A DNA stretch of 64,000 nucleotides from Actinomycetota bacterium. GTDB lineage: Bacteria > Actinomycetota > CADDZG01 > JAHWKV01. The translations under genes and the position numbers were made by a program. The notes under the pieces are model-generated. The model was not told the origin of the DNA. It saw nothing but the letters and a program-made list of their open reading frames with translations, and searched no databases. The stretch covers positions 87-64,086 of the forward strand of contig DASTUJ010000138.1 in assembly GCA_035759705.1 (NCBI GenBank), read 5' to 3'. Below are positions 58,881 to 64,000 of this stretch, one piece after another; positions within the stretch are counted from its first letter, which is position 1; each line of letters opens with the position of its first letter.

Positions 58881-60449
58881 ATGAACTTGGTTGAAGAGTG
58901 GGGAATCACGCTGGCGGTGTTTCTGCCACTGCTTGGGGCGATTGTCATTGCCCTGACTCCCAAGGGCATGGAGGGCATCCAAAAGATGCTGGCTCTCGCC
59001 GCAACCGGCGCTGCGCTGCTGGTCGGCCTGGCGCTGACCTTCGCGTTCGAGCACGGCGAGCCCGGAATGCAGTTCGAGAAATCGGCATCCTGGATCCCGT
59101 CGATCGACTCCAACTACCACGTGGGGATCGACGGAATCTCGCTTCCGCTGCTGGTCCTGAGTCTGCTGGTCTGCTTCCTCTGCATCATCTATGCCTGCTG
59201 GCACATCCCGGAGCCGGGCAACGCCAAGGCATTCCTGGCGCTGATCCTGCTGCTCGAGACCGGCATGAACGGGTCGTTCATCGCCCTGGACCTGGTGCTG
59301 TTCTTCGTCTTCTGGGAGCTGGTCCTGGTCCCGATGTACTTCCTCATTGGGATCTGGGGCGGCGAGAACCGCCAGTACGCCTCCATCAAGTTCTTCCTGT
59401 ACACGCTGTTTGGAAGTGTCTTCATGCTCCTCGGCTTCCTGGCGCTGTACTTCCAGTCCGACCCGCACACCTTCGACATGCTGCTGCTGCAGGACGAGGG
59501 CGTTCTCAGCCTGACGCCGGCCCTGGGCAACCTGATCTTCGGGGGCCTGGCGCTCGGCTTTGCGGTCAAGGTGCCGATGTGGCCGTTCCACACCTGGCTG
59601 CCCGACGCCCACACCCAGGCGCCGACCATCGGCTCCGTCCTGCTGGCGGCGGTTCTTCTGAAGATGGGCACCTACGGCTTCATGCGCATCGCCATCCCGA
59701 TCCTGCCCGAGCCGGCGATGAAGTTCGCCCCGGTCATTGCGATCCTGGCGGCGATAGCCATCGTCTACGGCGCATTGTGCTGCCTGGCGCAGACCAACCT
59801 GAAACGGATGATCGCCTTCTCGTCGGTCGGCCATATGGGCTTCGTCATGCTCGGCATCTCCACGATGACCCCGGAGGGTTTCAACGCCGCGGTCTTCGGC
59901 ATGGTTGCCCACGGGGTGGTCACCGGGATGCTCTTCTTCCTGGCCGGTTCGATCAAGGAGCGCTACCACACCTACGAGATGCCCGAGCTGGCCGGCATGG
60001 GGCTCAAGATCCCCCGGATGGCCGGCCTGCTGGCCTTCTGTGCCATCGCGTCGCTGGGGCTTCCGGGGCTCGCCGGGTTCTGGGGCGAGGTGATGGCCCT
60101 GCTCGCGTCCTACCAGCCACTGGAGGGGCTTGACCCGACGATCTTCCGGGTGGCCATGGTCGTCGGAGCCATCGGCACCGTACTCACCGCCGGTTACTTC
60201 CTGTGGATGCTGCAGCGGGTGAACATGGGCAAGGCCCGGGAGGACGGGCACCACAAAGACCTATTCGACGTGGAGCGTCTCGAGGTACTTGCCTGGGCGC
60301 CGCTGCTGGCCCTGATCCTGGTCCTCGGCCTGTACCCCCGCCTGATCATGGACACCACCACCAGCTCGGTCACCGCCCTCACGGAGACCATCACCGGGGA
60401 GAGCGCATCAAGCGATGAGGCCCGCGTGGCGACGGTGGCCGACCACTAA
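58881..60449 (+). CDS. nuoM: NADH-quinone oxidoreductase subunit M
   Basis: An antiporter-like subunit. The likely start is ATG 58881 (MNLVEEWG...) after a GGAGGGG SD. Confidence 0.9.
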   Translation: MNLVEEWGITLAVFLPLLGAIVIALTPKGMEGIQKMLALAATGAALLVGLALTFAFEHGEPGMQFEKSASWIPSIDSNYHVGIDGISLPLLVLSLLVCFLCIIYACWHIPEPGNAKAFLALILLLETGMNGSFIALDLVLFFVFWELVLVPMYFLIGIWGGENRQYASIKFFLYTLFGSVFMLLGFLALYFQSDPHTFDMLLLQDEGVLSLTPALGNLIFGGLALGFAVKVPMWPFHTWLPDAHTQAPTIGSVLLAAVLLKMGTYGFMRIAIPILPEPAMKFAPVIAILAAIAIVYGALCCLAQTNLKRMIAFSSVGHMGFVMLGISTMTPEGFNAAVFGMVAHGVVTGMLFFLAGSIKERYHTYEMPELAGMGLKIPRMAGLLAFCAIASLGLPGLAGFWGEVMALLASYQPLEGLDPTIFRVAMVVGAIGTVLTAGYFLWMLQRVNMGKAREDGHHKDLFDVERLEVLAWAPLLALILVLGLYPRLIMDTTTSSVTALTETITGESASSDEARVATVADH

Positions 60450-61897
60450 TGGACCTAAACCTCCAAGCACTACTGCCGGAGCTGATCCTGACGCTGGCCG
60501 CATGCGGCGTCATGACCATCGACCTGTTCCTCCCCAAGGAGAAGCGTGGGATGGCGTTCCCACTGGCGGTCGTGGGCATTCTGGCCACGCTGGCCGCGGT
60601 GCTCATGCTCTACGGCCAGAACATCACCACGCTGGACGGGATGTTCGTGGTCGACCGGTTCGCGGTGATCTTCAAGATCGTGTTCTGTGTCGCAGCCCTT
60701 CTGGTGTTCGCGGTGTCGCAGCCCTACCTGAACGACGACAACGACGTCCCCCACGGCGAGTACTTCACGATGATGATGTTCTCGCTGCTGGGCATGTTGA
60801 CCATCGCCTCCAGCCGGGACCTGATTGCGATCTTCGTCGCGCTGGAGATGATCTCGCTGCCCGCCTTCATCCTGGCCGGCATCCGCAAGAACGACATCCG
60901 CTCCAACGAGGCGGCCCTGAAGTTCTTCCTGTTCGGAGTCCTTTCGACCGCCCTGATGCTGTTCGGCATGTCGCTGTTCTACGGGCTGACCGGGGCCACC
61001 AACCTGGCCGACGTGTCCGAGGGCCTGGCCGGCCGGACCGACATCGACGAGGTGGCCCTGCTCGCCATCTTGTTCCTGATCGTCGGCTTCGGCTTCAAGG
61101 TCTCCGCCTTCCCGTTCCAGTGGTGGGTCCCCGACACCTACGAGGGCGCGCCCATCCCGGTGGCCGCCTTCCTCTCGGTGGCCTCCAAGACCGCCGGCTT
61201 CGTCGGTCTGTTCCAGGTCATGTTCCTGGGCCTGGGGGAGCTGGCCGACATGTGGCGGCCGATGTTCGCGGTAATCGGCATCGTGACTATGACGTTCGGC
61301 AACCTCGTTGCGATCCAGCAGAAGCAGATAGTCCGGCTTCTCGCCTACTCGTCGATCGCGCAGGCCGGCTACATGCTGGTCCCGCTGGGGGTGGCGAGCG
61401 CCACGAACGGCGAGGTAAACACCCAGATCGTCTTTTCGGTGGTTGCCTACCTGCTGGTCTACGCCTTCATGGAGACCGGCGCCTTCGCGGTCGCCACGGC
61501 GTTCGGCCGCAAGACCGGCAAGTACCTGATCGAGGACTACGCCGGGCTGTTCGCCCGGTCCCCGGCTCTCGCAGTGGCCATGGCGGCCTTCCTGTTCTCG
61601 CTGGCCGGCATCCCCCCGTTTGCCGGGTGGTGGGCCAAGTTCGTTATCTTCCAGACGTTGATCGAGGGCGAAGGCCTCTGGCTGGCCGTCATCATGGCCG
61701 TCAACACGGTCATCGCGATGTTCTACTACCTGGCGGTGGTCAAGAAGATGTTCGTCGACAAGCCTGAGGACGCGGCTGCGGTCCCGATGCCGAAGGTGCT
61801 GGCCGGCGCCATCGGGATTGCTGCAGTAGTGGTGACGGTTGGAGGCTTCCTGCCGGACCTGTTCGGCAAGCTCGCGACGAACTCGAACTTCTTCTAA
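60449..61897 (+). CDS. nuoN: NADH-quinone oxidoreductase subunit N
   Basis: An antiporter-like subunit with a 1-nt overlap to nuoM. It is the last gene of the operon. Confidence 0.9.
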   Translation: MDLNLQALLPELILTLAACGVMTIDLFLPKEKRGMAFPLAVVGILATLAAVLMLYGQNITTLDGMFVVDRFAVIFKIVFCVAALLVFAVSQPYLNDDNDVPHGEYFTMMMFSLLGMLTIASSRDLIAIFVALEMISLPAFILAGIRKNDIRSNEAALKFFLFGVLSTALMLFGMSLFYGLTGATNLADVSEGLAGRTDIDEVALLAILFLIVGFGFKVSAFPFQWWVPDTYEGAPIPVAAFLSVASKTAGFVGLFQVMFLGLGELADMWRPMFAVIGIVTMTFGNLVAIQQKQIVRLLAYSSIAQAGYMLVPLGVASATNGEVNTQIVFSVVAYLLVYAFMETGAFAVATAFGRKTGKYLIEDYAGLFARSPALAVAMAAFLFSLAGIPPFAGWWAKFVIFQTLIEGEGLWLAVIMAVNTVIAMFYYLAVVKKMFVDKPEDAAAVPMPKVLAGAIGIAAVVVTVGGFLPDLFGKLATNSNFF

Positions 61898-61919
61898 GCC
61901 GAACTGCGGCTCGGGTCCC

Positions 61920-62360
61920 CTACCAAAAGGAGCTCCAGGTCATCGGACCGACCTTGCCGTCGGCCGGGAGTCCCTTTTGCTGCTGGCACTGTTTGACGGC
62001 AGCTTCGGTCACCGGGCCGAACTTCCCGTCGGTTGCGAGCGGAAAACCCAGCTTGCCGAGAGCCTGTTGAATGAGGGCAACGTTCGGGTCGGGCTGGTGG
62101 GTTTGCTGGTACCGCGCCTGGCTCAGCACCGTGCCCGGATAGGGCGGGGCTCCGGATGCTCCGGCGAAGATCGCGTTCCAGGTCATCGGACCGACCTTGC
62201 CGTCGGCCGGCAGGCCTTTTTGCTGCTGGAACTGCTTGACGGCCGCCTCGGTTCCCGACCCGAACTTCCCGTCGCAGTCCACCGCCAACCCCTGTTTCGC
62301 CAGAGACTGCTGTACTAGCGCGACGTTCGGATCCGCCTGGTGGGTCTGCTGGTAGCGTTC
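61920..62360 (-). repeat. Internal ~220-bp tandem duplication encoding the two PG-binding domains
   Basis: Two about 80%-identical DNA copies: CAGGTCATCGGACCGACCTTGCCGTCGGCCGG...TGCTGCTGG...GAACTTCCCGTCG... Confidence 0.7.
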
Positions 62361-62885
62361 CTTGCTCATCACCGAGCCGGGATAGGGAAGCGAAGCGCCT
62401 TGCGAAACCGGTTGCGAGGGTGGGCTGGGGGCGCCGCCGCCCGAGAACAGCGCCGACTCCTTCTCCCGCCGTTTCGTAAGCCCGGGGAGAACCCTTCCCC
62501 CGGCTTTGTTCCACTTCATCATCTCCGAAGGGACATCGCCATACCGTCGTTCCCTCAAGGCGTTGACCAGGCCGGACTTCCTGGTCCACCCTGCGCCCAG
62601 GTTGTAGGTGAACGAGACCAGAGCGTCGAACTGGTTCTGGGTCAGCGGAACCCCGATCGAGTCGACGGATTTCGCGAACCGGTCGGAGGCCTGCTTGAGC
62701 ATCTCGAGCCCCCGTTCACGGCTGATTCCCCGCCGGAACTCCTCCGGCTCACTCCCGTTGATGCAGCCCATGTGAACAAGGGTTCCAAACCCTATGGTGC
62801 AGTTGTTGGCTGCATCGTTGTAGAGATTCGGACGGAACCCCTCGAACTCTGCGATCAGCTGCGCTCCGGCATCCGAAAGCCTCAT
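61920..62885 (-). CDS. GH24 phage-type lysozyme fused to two peptidoglycan-binding (PG_binding_1) domains
   Basis: The N-terminus (IAEFEGFRPNLYNDAANNCTIGFGTLVHMG...FDALVSFTYNLGAG) is a T4/lambda-type lysozyme fold with a catalytic Glu. The C-terminus has two about 70-aa repeats (LPADGKVGPMTW). Confidence 0.8.
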   Translation of the reverse strand: MRLSDAGAQLIAEFEGFRPNLYNDAANNCTIGFGTLVHMGCINGSEPEEFRRGISRERGLEMLKQASDRFAKSVDSIGVPLTQNQFDALVSFTYNLGAGWTRKSGLVNALRERRYGDVPSEMMKWNKAGGRVLPGLTKRREKESALFSGGGAPSPPSQPVSQGASLPYPGSVMSKERYQQTHQADPNVALVQQSLAKQGLAVDCDGKFGSGTEAAVKQFQQQKGLPADGKVGPMTWNAIFAGASGAPPYPGTVLSQARYQQTHQPDPNVALIQQALGKLGFPLATDGKFGPVTEAAVKQCQQQKGLPADGKVGPMTWSSFW

Positions 62886-62979
62886 AACCTCTGCCCCCCG
62901 TGACTAAGAACTACCTCTGCGCTGTGTGCAACTGGCCAATCTACCAGCGAGTCCGGGGTCGGGAAAGAGCGGGGCGAGG

Positions 62980-63477
62980 CTAACCCAGCGTTTTGCGAAA
63001 CAGCCAGTAGGGTTGGGCGCCCCGTTTGGCCAGGCCCTGCTCCTTGTGGAACCCGAGGCTCGAAAACAGGGCCTGGGCGCCGGTCATCAGCCCGTTGACG
63101 GTGGCGGCAATCGTGTCTGCGCCGTCGGCGGCCGCCCGTTCCAGACAGGCCAGGACCAGCGCCCGGGCGACGCCCTCGTTGCGTGCGTTCGGCGCTACCG
63201 CCAGGAGGTCGACGGAAGCCCAGGCGACCGGCAGCGGGGGCAGAGCCCACCCGGGAGGCCGGTAGGCGACCGAGCCCAACAGGCCGCCGTCCCCGCGGAC
63301 GACGAGAAACGTGGCGGTCTCCGACGCCGGGGAGATCGCGGTCAGGGTCTTCACCATCCCGGGCCAGACCTCGGCACCGAGCTCGTTCGAGAACTCCCGG
63401 TAGGCCCACACGTTCAGGTGCGCGATGGCAATGCGGTCCTCGGCGGTGGCTTCTTCGATGACGGGGGCTTCGCTCAC
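62980..63477 (-). CDS. GNAT family N-acetyltransferase
   Basis: 165 aa with acetyl-CoA-binding motif A context (VAPNARNEGVARALVLACLERAA) and the GNAT fold. Confidence 0.8.
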   Translation of the reverse strand: MSEAPVIEEATAEDRIAIAHLNVWAYREFSNELGAEVWPGMVKTLTAISPASETATFLVVRGDGGLLGSVAYRPPGWALPPLPVAWASVDLLAVAPNARNEGVARALVLACLERAAADGADTIAATVNGLMTGAQALFSSLGFHKEQGLAKRGAQPYWLFRKTLG

Positions 63478-63498
63478 GGGAAGCCACCTTACCGCCGG

Positions 63499-64000
63499 CT
63501 ACTCCTCGAGGCTGTGGAGGACCGCCCGCTCGATCTCGTTGAGCGTGTAGGTGTCGAGGATCTTGTTGCCGTCCTGTCCCCGGACGTAGAAGGAGTCGAC
63601 GACCTTGCCGCCCATCGTCTGGACTTTGGCCGACCGGATGTCCAGGTCCAGGTCCGCCAGCGCCCGGGTAATCCGGTAAAGGACGCCGACCCCGTCGGCG
63701 GCGTGGACCTCGATGACCGTGGCGGACTGGGAGGTGGAGTTGTCGAACCTGACCGATGCGGGAACCGGACTCCTGGTCATCGGCTTGAGCCGACCGTAGG
63801 TGCGGGCCCGTTCGGCCACGCGGGCCTGAAGGGCGAGGCCGCCTCCGAGCGCCAGCTTCAGGTCTTTCAGCACCCTGTCCCACGGCGTGACGTCCCGGCG
63901 CGGGTCGGAGACCTGGAACACCGAAAGTGCCCGTTCCTCGTCGCTGGAGTAGGCGTTGGCAATCAGGACGTCGAGCCCGTGAAGCGCCAGCACGCCGGCC
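63499..64000 (-). CDS. glnD: C-terminal ACT-domain region of a [protein-PII] uridylyltransferase GlnD-like protein (partial, runs off the window)
   Basis: Two ACT-like segments (VIEVHAADGVGVLYRITRALADLDLDIRSAKVQTMGGKVVDSFYV) typical of the GlnD C-terminus. The ORF is open to the window edge. Confidence 0.55.
   Translation of the reverse strand, partial: AGVLALHGLDVLIANAYSSDEERALSVFQVSDPRRDVTPWDRVLKDLKLALGGGLALQARVAERARTYGRLKPMTRSPVPASVRFDNSTSQSATVIEVHAADGVGVLYRITRALADLDLDIRSAKVQTMGGKVVDSFYVRGQDGNKILDTYTLNEIERAVLHSLEE

Noticed and set aside
56765-59113. 782-aa minus ORF antisense to nuoL/nuoM
   Set aside because: An antisense run-on. The plus-strand nuo genes have unambiguous motifs.

Overview
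The window is a very high-GC (about 68-70%) chromosomal segment that is densely coding, with several actinobacterial-type markers: a 33-aa bS22-like ribosomal protein, an MshA-like GT4 glycosyltransferase, and a GlnR-like atypical OmpR regulator next to glnA. The backbone content is as follows.

- **1-8.3 kb:** a DrrAB-like ABC exporter, a CPA1 antiporter-rhodanese fusion (its rhodanese domain is interrupted by an in-frame TGA), a membrane-anchored spermidine-synthase-like protein and an S9 peptidase.
- **8.4-14.3 kb:** two adjacent ATP-grasp loci. One is PGM1-like; the other is the circularly-permuted ATP-grasp / alpha-E / proteasome-type peptidase / transglutaminase quartet.
- **15.4-19.9 kb:** glnA with the GlnR-like regulator, a NifU/SufU-like Fe-S scaffold and an Mrp/ApbC Fe-S carrier.
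- **26.3-34 kb:** a HD-GYP phosphodiesterase, a CelD/FemAB-like GNAT, MshA-like GT4, proC, a BldC-like HTH protein, a Clp1-like P-loop protein and the bS22-like protein followed by a DUF62 protein.
- **36.8-48.8 kb:** one co-directional block that joins System I cytochrome c maturation (ccmABCD, E, F, H) to a b6f-like complex (ferredoxin, cytochrome b6, subunit IV, Rieske, di-haem cytochrome c). ccdA and a glutaredoxin-like gene lie just upstream.
- **51.8-61.9 kb:** an 11-gene nuo operon (A, B, C, D, H-N) with no nuoE, nuoF or nuoG.
- **61.9-64 kb:** a GH24 lysozyme with two peptidoglycan-binding domains, a GNAT, and the C-terminus of a GlnD-like protein running off the window.

The most unusual locus is at 20.2-26 kb. 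An HTTM-domain (vitamin-K-dependent gamma-carboxylase-like) membrane protein is flanked upstream by a small Cys/Gly-rich LPXTG-type secreted protein. Downstream of it lies a tandem array of four paralogous genes, each followed by a strong hairpin terminator. They encode secreted proteins with very long PGRS-like Gly/Ala/Asp repeats bracketed by three conserved Cys pairs, and with Glu-rich, disulfide-containing N-termini reminiscent of Gla domains. One paralog appears frameshifted. No tRNA, rRNA, CRISPR or IS element was recognised. Many long antisense 'mirror' ORFs in the ORF track are GC-skew artefacts.
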